A stretch of 63,712 bases of DNA, counting the filler. It is 10 parts of 10 records of this genome, joined end to end, with 100 filler letters (N's around TTAATTAATTAA, not from the genome) between each part and the next. Parts side by side here need not be neighbours in the genome. Positions count along the whole stretch, not along the records: positions 19,832 to 25,218 come from SRR20825010_4374; positions 25,319 to 32,243 come from SRR20825010_4388; 8 more parts are not named here. One strand, 5' to 3'. The position numbers and the translations under genes were made by a program. Position 1 is the stretch's first letter; each line of letters opens with the position of its first letter. Under the pieces are notes generated by a model. The model was given only the letters and a program-made list of their open reading frames with translations, was not told where the DNA came from and did no database searches. Shown here in pieces: positions 20,106-30,072 of the stretch.

Positions 20106-20164
20106 CGGCTGTTCGCGCAGGGCGCGATGACCCCATCCTCTCAAGGTACAGGTTGCCCGTCTGA

Positions 20165-20203
20165 TTGCGGACTAATTAATGATCAATTAGTTCGCGTCCG
20201 CAA
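20165..20203. promoter_or_regulatory. AT-rich palindrome upstream of the PEP-CTERM gene
   Basis: GCGGACTAATT-N7-AATTAGTTCGC, plus outer TTGCGGAC/GTCCGCAA, in a very GC-rich contig. Confidence 0.45.
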
Positions 20204-20325
20204 ACCTTGAAAAATCTTGTTGCATGCCGGTGCTATTTGGTGCATGCTAAGAGCCTCAGCGGGGATTCCCCCGAGCCGCGCGATGTCGCGTGGGGTTGGA
20301 TTTGTGGACAAGAAGGAGAGTTGCT

Positions 20326-20928
20326 ATGAGGAGTTCGCTCGTCAGGGCCGCGATCTGCGTGGTCCCAGTTCTGATTGTGGGCCAGGCCGCGACGGCCCAG
20401 ATCATTCACCCGCTGGAGGGTCTTGATCCCTCCGGATTCAACACCAACAACCCGGGATCGTGGTTCCGCGGCTACGAGTTCACCGTGGCCGGCGACGGCG
20501 TGACCGCCGTCGAGATCGGCATGCGGACCCCCGCCTCGGGCGAGGCCGTGACGCTGCAGATCTGGGATGTCAACTCACAGACGCTGCTCACGTCCGCCGC
20601 GGCCAGGACCCACGGCAACTCGTGGCAGTACTACGACGTCCCCGACGTCGCTCTCGCCAACGGCGGCACCTACGTCGTCGGCATCCTCGCGCAGAACAAC
20701 AGCGCGAACTACTTCTTCCAGAGCGGCCTCGGCAACGAGTGGTACCCGACCGGCGTGATCAACTACAACACGATGCGCTTCAACGGCGGTGACGGCTCGT
20801 TCCCGACCAGCACTCTCGACGGCTACCACTACGGCGTGGTCGATCTCGGCTACACCATTCCCGCCCCGGCCAGCGCCGCGCTGCTGGCGATGGGCGGCAT
20901 CGCCGCCGTGCGTCGCCGCAGGGCCTGA
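20326..20928 (+). CDS. PEP-CTERM (PAP variant) exported protein
   Basis: AAGGAG RBS, signal peptide, C-terminal IPAPASAALLAMGGIAAVRRRRA. Confidence 0.88.
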   Translation: MRSSLVRAAICVVPVLIVGQAATAQIIHPLEGLDPSGFNTNNPGSWFRGYEFTVAGDGVTAVEIGMRTPASGEAVTLQIWDVNSQTLLTSAAARTHGNSWQYYDVPDVALANGGTYVVGILAQNNSANYFFQSGLGNEWYPTGVINYNTMRFNGGDGSFPTSTLDGYHYGVVDLGYTIPAPASAALLAMGGIAAVRRRRA

Positions 20929-20969
20929 GTGAACCCCGGATCCAACGATCCGTGGCAAGCACGCAACCG

Positions 20970-21004
20970 AACCGCCCGGCCCGCACGGCCGGGCGGTTTC
21001 TTTT
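20970..21004 (+). terminator. Rho-independent terminator
   Basis: AACCGCCCGGCC-cgcac-GGCCGGGCGGTT-TCTTTT. Confidence 0.8.
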
Positions 21005-21036
21005 GAGATGCAGAGCGCGTTCCCTCGGGCGGGTGA

Positions 21037-24000
21037 TCAGCGGGGGATGACAACGGTGCTCGGGTCGACCACGTCCACACGGTCGCTCAGCAGGTCCCAG
21101 ATCAACGCCGACGCCGTCATCGGTGAGCCGGTCTGCCGGTCCAGGATCCGGACAGTACCGGATCCCTCGGCCAGCGCTCGCGCGATCCCCGCGTCGGGGT
21201 CATACTCCACGACGTCGGCGGTGAGCTCCTGCGTGTCGGTGCGCAGATAGACATTCTCTGTCGCGATCGCCGACCGGAGGCCGCCGAAGAGGTCTTCCGG
21301 ATCGTCGCCCTCACTGGGAGCGAAGTTGATCCGCAGCCGCATCGATTCGAGGATCGCTCTGGAGCCGTCCCGCGTGTTGGTGTGGCTCATCTGCACGGTG
21401 TCGAGCATCTCGGCCTGGCCCAGCGCGCGGTCGGCGTGGAGCGAGCCGGCCCAGTCGAACAACGCGGCCCCGCGCTGATCGCCATCGTCCGCCGGTGCGT
21501 CGGGCGTCTCATCGGCCGGCACGCGCAGATCGGCGACGAACAGCCGTCCGCGCCCGGGAACGTCAAGCGTCCCCGCGGTGTTGTCCGAGACGATCTCAAT
21601 GCCGCTCAGACGGAACGCACGCTCGAGCGGGGGCTCGGACTCCGATGCATCGGACGGATCCGGCAGGGGCTCGACGAAGCGTGCGGACTCGACCGTCGCG
21701 AGTTCCTCACCGAGTCCCAGGTGCGCTGCGCTCGCCGCGTAGACGGTCCGGATCGGCCGGTCCTGCCCGCCGAGCGCGTCGAGGCCCTCTTCGCTGCCGT
21801 CGTCGGTTGTGGCCGACGCCGTTTCCGCAACCGCTGGCTCGAGCTCCACGCGCAGCTCGGCCGCGGCGATGGTCTCGCGAGTCCAGGGGTCGGGGCGGTT
21901 GATCGCCCGCACCTCGCCCGCGGCTTCGAGCAGGCCCGCCGCGTCGTCAAACGCCATGCCCTGAGTCCACTCTGCGGTGACCCGTGAGGCGGTATCGCCC
22001 TTGCCGGCGCTGTGGTCGAACATCCCCGGTCCGGTCACGATCGCGGTTCGTTCGAGCCCTCGCAGCGTGACCGATTCGCCCTTGATGACCGTCGGGCCGC
22101 GGGCGACGTGGGCGAGTGCGCCGTCGTGCTGGACCTCGAGCAGTTCGGCATCGAGGTCGGCGAACAGCTGTTCGCCGCGGATCTCGATCTGGTCTGTGTA
22201 CCGCCGGAACCGGACCGCGCCGTCACCCCAGGCCTTTGCGACCTCGAGGCCGCCGCCCTCGGGTGTGCGGAGGGTGGCGTACAGGTGCTCGGCGTCGACC
22301 TTGGCGGTCCGGTCGCGGAAGCTCGCCCGGCCCTGCGCGTCGAAAGACGTCGGCTGGGGTTCATCGGTGTTGGGCGCGAAGGCGACATCGAGCGCATCGC
22401 ACGTGCCGCCGTTGCCCTGGCCGTCGCTCAGGCTCACCGTGTCGCGCGCGATCAGGCGGCGGAGCTTGGAGCCGCCGGATTCCCCGATGTCGAAGTAGGC
22501 GTGCAGGAAGTCGGACTTGAGGGTCGAGTCGGCGTCGGAGGCGACCACGCTGCCCTCGCAGATCACCTCGCGCAGCTCGCCGGTGACACGCCCGTCGCGG
22601 GCCGCGAACCGGAGCGTCGTCCGCTCGCGCGCATCGAGCTTGCTGACCTTGTCGTTGGCGACCACGCCGAACGGCCCGGGCACGAGGCCGTCGCCGGTGC
22701 CGAGGTCGAGCTCGAGCCGTCCCATGGTGGCCCGGCCCATGGTCGGCGAGGTCAGGAAGACGCTGCTCTCCTGTGAAGGTCCGCTCAGGATCAGTCGCTG
22801 CGAGGTGAAGCCGTACTCCACCGTCGCCGCCCGACCGCTCGCGTCGGACGCCCGATCGGCGAACGTTACGACGCCGCTGCGCTCGGCGGTGAATCTGGCG
22901 AGCAGATCGTTCTCGGAGAGCTCGTCCGGCTCGAGCGCGAGCGGTTTGATCTCCAGCAACCCCGACCACCGCAGCACCGCGTCCTCGGTGACCGGAGCGA
23001 TTTCGGTCTCTGTCTCCTCGGCGGTCTCGGTCCCGCCGCTGCCCGCGGGCTGAGAACGGGAGGGTGATTGATCCTCAGCTCCCGTCGATGTCGGCCCTTC
23101 TGCTTCCACCGAATCTGGCTCCGCGGCGTCCGCGGTGTCCGCCGCATCCGCCGACTCTGCACTCGCGGGCGTGATCTCGACGCTCGCGATCGCACCCTCG
23201 GGGAGGGCGTTGTCGATCGTTCTGGCAAAGAGATCCAGGCGGTCGCTGGCGATGTTGTGCCCTGCGCGGTCGAGGCGGACATCGTCGCGCATCACGGCTT
23301 GATACAGCGTCACCACCGGCGGTGGGGGGAGGGGGGCTGGCTCGGCGTCGGCCGCGCCTCCGGACTCGGCCCGCGCCGCGCTGTCACGCGGTGTGGCACC
23401 GGCCTCCGGCGTTTCCGACGCCGGTGCCGGCTCGGGCTCGGCGGGGTCCTTCACGGCGAAGGCGGTGAGCACGCCACCCTGGCGGACGGTCAGCAGTTCC
23501 AGCCGCTCGAGCGTCTGGTTGATCAGCAGCTTCGCGTCTCCGGCCCGAAACTCGTACCCCGGGGAGCTCAGCACGAACGGTTCGGTCGTCGAGACCTCGC
23601 CCAGCGTCGCGTCGAAGGTCAGCGACTCGCCGGTCCACGTCATCGAGGGCTCGTCACGGTCCGGGTCCGGCCTGCCACCATCGAGCGGCACGCCGAACAG
23701 GCGGACAACAACGTTGTTCCGCAGCGTGCCCGTCTCCGGCGTCTTCGTGCGGTCCGGCATCACCATCGTGCCGCCCTCGGCACGGATGTGCGCGACGCGC
23801 CCGTCGTCGAGATAGAACGTCGCCCGCGGCTGCGTGACCTCGTACCGCTGAGCCTGCAGCGGCGTGATCGTCTCCGAGCGGAACTCGGCCGAGACGCGGT
23901 CCCGGTTGTCCCGGTCCATGACCTGGATCTGCAGCCCCTTCGCGCCCGAGTCCTCGCCCAGCAGGCTCCCGTCGGCACCGCTGGCAAAGGCCCCGTCGCT

Positions 24001-24135
24001 GTCGGCCTCTCCCCCGCTCGGGGCCGTGGTGACCGCGCGGACCAGGATGACTCCCACCGCGAGCACGCAGACCAACGCCGCGCCGACAGCCACGTAGAAA
24101 CCGAGCGGACGAGATGCCTTGGCGGGTGGTGTCAT
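21037..24135 (-). CDS. Large membrane-anchored protein with repeated LptC/LptA(OstA)-like beta-jellyroll segments
   Basis: Single N-terminal TM; repeated patterns such as IRAEGG, WTGESLTFD, GRAATVEY, IRGEQLFAD, LTADVVEYD, MTASALIWD; directly downstream of kdsD. Confidence 0.65.
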   Translation of the reverse strand: MTPPAKASRPLGFYVAVGAALVCVLAVGVILVRAVTTAPSGGEADSDGAFASGADGSLLGEDSGAKGLQIQVMDRDNRDRVSAEFRSETITPLQAQRYEVTQPRATFYLDDGRVAHIRAEGGTMVMPDRTKTPETGTLRNNVVVRLFGVPLDGGRPDPDRDEPSMTWTGESLTFDATLGEVSTTEPFVLSSPGYEFRAGDAKLLINQTLERLELLTVRQGGVLTAFAVKDPAEPEPAPASETPEAGATPRDSAARAESGGAADAEPAPLPPPPVVTLYQAVMRDDVRLDRAGHNIASDRLDLFARTIDNALPEGAIASVEITPASAESADAADTADAAEPDSVEAEGPTSTGAEDQSPSRSQPAGSGGTETAEETETEIAPVTEDAVLRWSGLLEIKPLALEPDELSENDLLARFTAERSGVVTFADRASDASGRAATVEYGFTSQRLILSGPSQESSVFLTSPTMGRATMGRLELDLGTGDGLVPGPFGVVANDKVSKLDARERTTLRFAARDGRVTGELREVICEGSVVASDADSTLKSDFLHAYFDIGESGGSKLRRLIARDTVSLSDGQGNGGTCDALDVAFAPNTDEPQPTSFDAQGRASFRDRTAKVDAEHLYATLRTPEGGGLEVAKAWGDGAVRFRRYTDQIEIRGEQLFADLDAELLEVQHDGALAHVARGPTVIKGESVTLRGLERTAIVTGPGMFDHSAGKGDTASRVTAEWTQGMAFDDAAGLLEAAGEVRAINRPDPWTRETIAAAELRVELEPAVAETASATTDDGSEEGLDALGGQDRPIRTVYAASAAHLGLGEELATVESARFVEPLPDPSDASESEPPLERAFRLSGIEIVSDNTAGTLDVPGRGRLFVADLRVPADETPDAPADDGDQRGAALFDWAGSLHADRALGQAEMLDTVQMSHTNTRDGSRAILESMRLRINFAPSEGDDPEDLFGGLRSAIATENVYLRTDTQELTADVVEYDPDAGIARALAEGSGTVRILDRQTGSPMTASALIWDLLSDRVDVVDPSTVVIPR

Positions 24136-24171
24136 AGGTGGGGATCGTATCGCGCCCGGCCACCCGGCGGC

Positions 24172-25218
24172 TCAGACGCCCGAGGCACCCGTCCCGCCCT
24201 GTTCGCCCCGCACCAGCCGCATCGCGATCAGGTCCTGCACGTCCAGCACGCCAACGGGCTCGCCCGCCGCGTCCACGATGGGGATCTCGTCCACGCGGCG
24301 TTCGCGGGTCAGCAGCACCGCGTCGCGGACCAGCGCCGTCTCGGCCAGCGAGACCGGCGAACGGGTCATCACGGTCGCGATCGGCTCGCGCATCCACTCG
24401 CCCGGGCCCTGCTCGGAGAGCTTCCGCCGCAGGTCGGCATCGGTGAAGATCCCCGTCAGCCGGCCGCCGGCGTCCACGATCAGCACCGCCCCGGCCCTGC
24501 GCCCGGGCCCTGCGCCGATGGCCTCGAGGATCGGCGTCGACTCGCCCACGGTCGGGCAGTTGGGGCCGATGCGGATCCGGAGGATGTCGCCGACGGGGCG
24601 GAGCAATCCGCCGAGTGTGCCGCCGGGGTGGCGCTCGGCAAAGTCGGCATCGGTGAAGCACCGCCGCCTCGCGGCCGCGAGTGCGAGGGCGTCGCCCAGC
24701 ACCAGCGTCGCCGTGGACGAGGCGGTGGGGGCCTCGGGGCCCTCGCCGGCTTCGGCAAACTCTCCGAGGTGGAGGGCGACGGTCGCGAGGCGTTCGAGGC
24801 TGCTCGGCGCGCGCGCGCTGTCGGTTTCGTCCTGCCGCGGCGGCGTTCCCCCGGTGATGCTGATGATCGGCAGCTTGTCCTGCCGCAGGATCGCCGCGAG
24901 GTTGACCACCTCGTCGGTCTCGCCCGAGCGGCTCAGGCAGATGACGGTGTCTGTCCGCCGGAAGCGGCCCAGGTCGCCGTGGGCCGCCTCGGCGGGGTGG
25001 ACGGGGTGGGAGGGGATGCCGAGCGAGGCCAGCGTCGCGGAGATCTTCGCCCCGATCAGCCCGCTCTTGCCCAGGCCGGTGACGAGCACGGTGCCGCCGG
25101 CCTCGGCGCAGGCGACCAGCAGCGAGACGGCCTCGACGAAGGACGCGTCGAGCAGGTCGGCGGTCGCCCGGATCGCCCCGACCTCGGCGGCGTAGACCCG
25201 GCGGGCGTAGGCCAACTC
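24172..25218 (-). CDS. kdsD: Arabinose-5-phosphate isomerase, KpsF/GutQ family (5' truncated)
   Basis: TGLGKSGLIG, HPAEAAHGDLG, SRSGET, APTASST, HPGGTLG, CBS pair. Confidence 0.92.
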   Translation of the reverse strand, partial: ELAYARRVYAAEVGAIRATADLLDASFVEAVSLLVACAEAGGTVLVTGLGKSGLIGAKISATLASLGIPSHPVHPAEAAHGDLGRFRRTDTVICLSRSGETDEVVNLAAILRQDKLPIISITGGTPPRQDETDSARAPSSLERLATVALHLGEFAEAGEGPEAPTASSTATLVLGDALALAAARRRCFTDADFAERHPGGTLGGLLRPVGDILRIRIGPNCPTVGESTPILEAIGAGPGRRAGAVLIVDAGGRLTGIFTDADLRRKLSEQGPGEWMREPIATVMTRSPVSLAETALVRDAVLLTRERRVDEIPIVDAAGEPVGVLDVQDLIAMRLVRGEQGGTGASGV

Positions 25219-25318
25219 NNNNNNNNNNNNNNNNNNNNNNNNNNNNNNNNNNNNNNNNNNNNTTAATTAATTAANNNNNNNNNNNNNNNNNNNNNNNNNN
25301 NNNNNNNNNNNNNNNNNN

Positions 25319-26300
25319 GCCCCCGGCCAGCCTGACCAAAATGATGACGGCCTATATCGTGGAACGGGAGCTGGACGAGGGTCGGATTTCCCTGTCCGAC
25401 ATGGTGCCCATCAGCGTGAACGCCTGGCGAACCGAGGGTTCACGGACCTTCGTTAAAGAAGGGACGGAAGTGTCGGTCGAGAACCTGCTAAAGGGCGTCA
25501 TCATTCAGTCTGGGAACGATGCCTCAGTGGCGCTGGCCGAGTATATTGCCGGCAGTGAAGGGGCGTTCGTCGACATCATGAACCAGCAGGCGCAGATACT
25601 GGGGATGAACGAGTCCAGTTTTGCCAACGCTACCGGCTTGCCTGCCCCGGATCATTTCTCCACTGCCTACGATCTGGCCCTTTTGGCAAAGGCGATTATC
25701 AACGACTATCCGGAAAACTACCCGTTGTATGCCCAGAAACACTTCACTTACAACAATATCCGTCAGCCAAACCGGAACAGCCTTTTGTGGCGTGACGACA
25801 GTGTTGATGGGCTGAAGACCGGCCATACCGAGGAAGCCGGTTACTGCCTGGTGGCGTCAGCCAAGCGCAACGACACCCGCCTGATTGCTGTGGTGATGGG
25901 AACAGACAGCACCTCGTCCCGCGCCCAGGAAGTCCAGAAAATGCTGAACTACGGCTTCCGCTATTACCAGAGCGAGCGCCTGTTCCGCACTGGCCAGGAA
26001 CTGCTGGAAGCGCGCGTATGGGGCGGGGCAAGCGATAGCCTGTCCGTAGGACTGACAGAAGATGTTTACGTCACCATTCCCCGAGGCTCAAGGGATTCCC
26101 TGGAATCCACCGTTGAACTCGACTCAGTGATCAAGGCGCCCATTTCCATGGGCGACGAATTGGGCCGGGTGACCGTCAAGCTCGGCGATGATGTGGTCGT
26201 GGATCAGCCGGTGCTGGCACTCAGCGATATCCCGGAAGGTGGTTTCTTCAAGCGGATCTGGGACGCCATCAAACTATTCTTTGTTCAGCTCTTTGAGTAA
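25319..26300 (+). CDS. dacC: D-alanyl-D-alanine carboxypeptidase PBP5/6 (5' truncated)
   Basis: PASLTKMM, SGNDA, KTGHT; precedes ybeD-lipB. Confidence 0.9.
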
Positions 26301-26332
26301 GGGCGCGAGTGGCCTGTAGGAGATAAACCGGG

Positions 26333-26602
26333 ATGAGCGAACCAAAGGCACCCAAAATCGAGTTTCCCTGTGACTACGTGATCAAGGTTATCGGGGACGC
26401 CGCGCCAGACTTTGTGGAGTTTGTGGTAGGCGTCGTGGAGCAGCATGCACCTGGCATTTCGAACGATGACGTTACGGTGAAAGACAGTCGCGGCGGTCGG
26501 TTTGCCTCGGTAAACCTCAAGATCGTTGCCACGGGCGAGCCGCAGTTGAAAGCTCTGTTCGAGGAACTCAAGGCCAGCGGCCGGGTTCATATGGTGCTGT
26601 AA
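26333..26602 (+). CDS. ybeD: DUF493 (YbeD) protein
   Basis: [13 protein letters not shown]...SRGGRFASV...VHMVL; synteny. Confidence 0.9.
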   Translation: MSEPKAPKIEFPCDYVIKVIGDAAPDFVEFVVGVVEQHAPGISNDDVTVKDSRGGRFASVNLKIVATGEPQLKALFEELKASGRVHMVL

Positions 26603-26606
26603 CCTG

Positions 26607-27245
26607 ATGGCCGAGCTGATCGTTCGTGACCTGGGTGAACAGCCCTACCTGGAAACCTGGGAGGCGATGAAATCGTTCACGGCCTCGCGAGACGCCTCCA
26701 CGCCCGATGAACTCTGGCTGCTGGAACACCCAAGGGTCTACACCCAGGGGCAGGCCGGCAAAGCCGAGCACATACTGGCCCCCGGTGATATCCCGGTGAT
26801 ACTGGTGGATCGCGGTGGCCAGGTGACGTATCACGGCCCTGGCCAGCTTGTGGTTTACCTGATGATAGACCTGACTCGCCACCGCCTGGGAATTCGCTCC
26901 CTGGTTGATGTCATTGAGCAGGCCATTGTCCGGACCCTTGCGGGGATGGGTGTGGCGGCAGCGCCGCGTCCGGATGCGCCGGGTGTCTATGTGGAACAAG
27001 CGAAGATTGCGTCGCTGGGGCTGCGTGTAAGGCGAGGATGTTCGTTCCACGGCCTGGCCCTGAATGTGGCCATGGACATGGAGCCGTTTCGCCGGATCAA
27101 CCCCTGTGGCTATGCTGGCATGGCGATGTGTCAGGTCAGCGACTTCGTCCCCGGGGCAACCGTTGCCGGTCTTGCTCCTGCTCTGTCGGATGAGTTGGTT
27201 AATGGCCTGGCGGGTGGCGCTGTTCGACGGGTAACGGGCTGGTAA
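26607..27245 (+). CDS. lipB: Lipoyl(octanoyl) transferase
   Basis: [35 protein letters not shown]. Confidence 0.96.
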   Translation: MAELIVRDLGEQPYLETWEAMKSFTASRDASTPDELWLLEHPRVYTQGQAGKAEHILAPGDIPVILVDRGGQVTYHGPGQLVVYLMIDLTRHRLGIRSLVDVIEQAIVRTLAGMGVAAAPRPDAPGVYVEQAKIASLGLRVRRGCSFHGLALNVAMDMEPFRRINPCGYAGMAMCQVSDFVPGATVAGLAPALSDELVNGLAGGAVRRVTGW

Positions 27246-27281
27246 TGCGAAGCCCAAGTACCGATTGAGGCGGTTGCCTTG

Positions 27282-28370
27282 CTAGCCGTGTATACCCTCG
27301 AAATCACACGCCTTGTTACGCCCCAGGGTCTTGGCTCGATAAAGTGCTTCGTCGGCGCGCTGTAGCAGTCGGTCCACAGACTCTGCGCCGTGGATAGTGG
27401 CGACTCCGACACTGATAGTGGTGTTGATGCTCCCGCCCTGGGTCTCTATAGGCGTTGATGCAATGGTCTGGCGTATGCGATTGGCCGTCTGGACGGCCTC
27501 AACGGTGTCGGTCTCAGGCAGCAATACCAGGTATTCTTCTCCTCCCCAGCGCGCCAGCGTATCGACCTTCCGGCTGTGTTCCCGCAAGGTCCTGGCTACC
27601 ATCACAATGGTTTCATCCCCCACCTGATGACCATGGTTGTCGTTGACAGACTTGAACAGATCAATGTCCATCAACAACACTGAGAAACCGCGCGAATTGC
27701 GTAAGTAACGCTGATACTCAGCTTCCAGTTGCTCGTGGGCTTCACGTCGATTGGCGAGCCCCGTTAACGCATCGTGTTTAGCCGCATATTCAAACTCGGC
27801 AGCCAGTTTCAGCAGCCCCAGTTTGCTGCGCCGCCGGCTCTGGTCCAGGACGTAGCAGGTGGACATCTCAAACCCCAGTACCGCAAGCATGGTGAGTCGG
27901 AAGCTGGTGCTGTACGGCGAATCGAATACCAGGTCCCCGAGTGGGCTGAATAGCAAGGCAACCCCCGCAAGTCCGCCGGAACAGGCAAGCACGCCCACTT
28001 TCGCTTCGCTGATGTAGAAGATGATGGGTGGATAGGCAAACAGCCAGATAATGGCAGAGCCGTCCTCCACCGCATTGACTGCCAGATAGGTGAAGAGGAT
28101 CGTGATCGCGGTAATAAAGCCGCGGCGTTGCAGGGTACTGTTGCGACTGAGCAGATAAACAATACCATTGACACTGAGCAGCACGGCAAAGACGATCAGG
28201 GCTGTGGCGGAGCCGGGAATTCCGCGATCCAGGGATCGCCATGCGAAAAACAGCAGGATGGGGACCGCTGCCAGAGTAAGCCAGCCGATCAACATCGGAA
28301 CCGGAATTTCACCCTTCACCCGGAACTGTGACAGTTTGGTGTCGGAGGGTCTGCTGGTGGTCTGAGTCAT
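27282..28370 (-). CDS. Membrane-bound diguanylate cyclase (GGEEY variant)
   Basis: About 5-6 TM helices; DALTGLANR, DIDLFKSVND, RKVD I-site, RWGGEEY; start trimmed to ATG 28370. Confidence 0.88.
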   Translation of the reverse strand: MTQTTSRPSDTKLSQFRVKGEIPVPMLIGWLTLAAVPILLFFAWRSLDRGIPGSATALIVFAVLLSVNGIVYLLSRNSTLQRRGFITAITILFTYLAVNAVEDGSAIIWLFAYPPIIFYISEAKVGVLACSGGLAGVALLFSPLGDLVFDSPYSTSFRLTMLAVLGFEMSTCYVLDQSRRRSKLGLLKLAAEFEYAAKHDALTGLANRREAHEQLEAEYQRYLRNSRGFSVLLMDIDLFKSVNDNHGHQVGDETIVMVARTLREHSRKVDTLARWGGEEYLVLLPETDTVEAVQTANRIRQTIASTPIETQGGSINTTISVGVATIHGAESVDRLLQRADEALYRAKTLGRNKACDFEGIHG

Positions 28371-28629
28371 TGTTGCTGTCTTGTTGTTTTTGGGCATCAG
28401 TGGCCAGGTCATCGACCACATTTTTATACTAAACCGCTTTGGACGTGGGGTCTGTGTAAAAACGTAAAACCTTTCGCCAACCACAGAAGTAAACACAGAA
28501 GAGGCGGTTTGCATTGGCCCCAAGGGCAATGAATCGACGGCACGCCGGTTAGGTTTGCGGGCCCGGGTATCCGTATAATGGTTATAAAGGCTGATAGCGC
28601 CAACACTTACAGAACCGAGCAGGTTTTTG

Positions 28630-30072
28630 ATGGCATCCAGACCCAAAAGCACATCTGTTGCACGTATCAAGACCGGCAGCTTTGAGCGTCGGCTTACCCT
28701 CACCAGGGCGGGGCTTTTCGCAGGCACCCGGATGGCCTCCCATATGGCCACCAACTGGTTCAGCAGCAAGGACAAGCGGGAGGCCCGGCACCGGGCCATG
28801 CTATCCAGCCAGGCGGAATTCCTGGTGGACGAGTTGGGCAAGCTCAAGGGCAGTGTCGTCAAGATCGGGCAGGTGATGGCTCTCTATGGCGAGCACTTCC
28901 TGCCTGAGGAAGTAACCGAAGCACTGCACACCCTGGAAGACCAGACCACCTGGCTGGAATGGCCGTCGATCGAGCGTGTGCTTAAGGCTGAACTGGGTGC
29001 TGACCGTTTGGCGGAACTGGACGTGGATCCCGACCCGATTGGTGCGGCTTCGCTGGGGCAGGTTCATCGAGCGCGCCGGCGTAGCGACGGGTTGGAACTG
29101 GTGCTCAAGGTCCAGTACCCCGGCGTTGACGAAGCAGTCGACAGTGACCTTAACGCAGTTGCACATCTGCTCAAGATAGCCCGCCTGGTCTCCTTCGGCC
29201 CCGAGTTCAACGACTGGCTGGAAGAAGTGCGGGACATGATGCACCGGGAGGTGGATTACCGCCTTGAAGCCCGTACCACCGAAAAGTTCCGCCAGATGCT
29301 GCTGGACGATCCTCGTTTTGTGGTGCCCCGTGTTCTGGACGAGTACTGCACGGCCCATGTCATCGCCTCCACCTACGAGCCGGGCCACTCAGTGAGTTCA
29401 GTGGCGGTAAGGGAGCTTGCTCTTGATCGTCGCAGCGAGTTGGGCCGCGCCGCACTGGAACTGTTCTTCCGTGAGCTGTTCATTTGGGGTGAAATCCAGA
29501 CCGATCCCAATTTCGGCAATTATCGGATCCGCATCGCTGGCGAGGAAGGCGCGAACAGCGAAACTGACCAGATAGTGCTACTGGATTTCGGGGCGGTACA
29601 GGCCTACTCCGCGAGCTTCCTGGACCCGGTCATCCAGATGATCCGCTCCTCCTATGAGGGCGACCTGCCGGGGGTGGTTGATGGCGGTATCCGGTTACGT
29701 TTCATGAGCCAGGATTGGCCCGAGGACGTTCTGGACACGTTCGGCAAGGTTTGCATGTCGGTATTGGAACCTCTCTCCAGGGATCGCAGCAACTGGCCCG
29801 ATGAGGCAGTGAACGACCGCGGCCAGTACCGCTGGAAGCAGAGTGACTTGCCGTCGCGGGTGGCGCGCCAGGCCGCGCGATCAGCCATCAGCCGCTATTT
29901 CAAGGTGCCGCCGAAAGAATTTGTATTCCTGAACCGAAAGTTGATTGGTGTCTATACGTTCATCGCGGTGCTGAATGCGGAATTCAACGGTGAGGATCTG
30001 CTCCGGGAATACCTCTACGGTGATCCCGGCACCCCCGATGCTTCCAGCACCAACCAGATGACCAAGCCGTAG
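28630..30072 (+). CDS. ABC1/UbiB family atypical kinase (COQ8-like)
   Basis: KGSVVKIGQ, AASLGQVH, KVQYPG, QTDPNFGNY, LLDFG. Confidence 0.9.
   Translation: MASRPKSTSVARIKTGSFERRLTLTRAGLFAGTRMASHMATNWFSSKDKREARHRAMLSSQAEFLVDELGKLKGSVVKIGQVMALYGEHFLPEEVTEALHTLEDQTTWLEWPSIERVLKAELGADRLAELDVDPDPIGAASLGQVHRARRRSDGLELVLKVQYPGVDEAVDSDLNAVAHLLKIARLVSFGPEFNDWLEEVRDMMHREVDYRLEARTTEKFRQMLLDDPRFVVPRVLDEYCTAHVIASTYEPGHSVSSVAVRELALDRRSELGRAALELFFRELFIWGEIQTDPNFGNYRIRIAGEEGANSETDQIVLLDFGAVQAYSASFLDPVIQMIRSSYEGDLPGVVDGGIRLRFMSQDWPEDVLDTFGKVCMSVLEPLSRDRSNWPDEAVNDRGQYRWKQSDLPSRVARQAARSAISRYFKVPPKEFVFLNRKLIGVYTFIAVLNAEFNGEDLLREYLYGDPGTPDASSTNQMTKP

Noticed and set aside
20215-20250. Sigma-54 promoter before the PEP-CTERM gene
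   Set aside because: The GG/GC spacing does not fit the -24/-12 consensus.
23068-25266. Long antisense/alternate ORFs (732 aa here; also 36122-37651, 60515-62014, 6962-7984)
   Set aside because: Shadow ORFs opposite well-supported genes in GC-rich DNA; no recognisable motifs.
28371-28862. 164-aa N-terminal extension of the GGDEF ORF
   Set aside because: Overlaps the divergent ABC1 gene and its promoter; ATG 28370 is the more plausible start.
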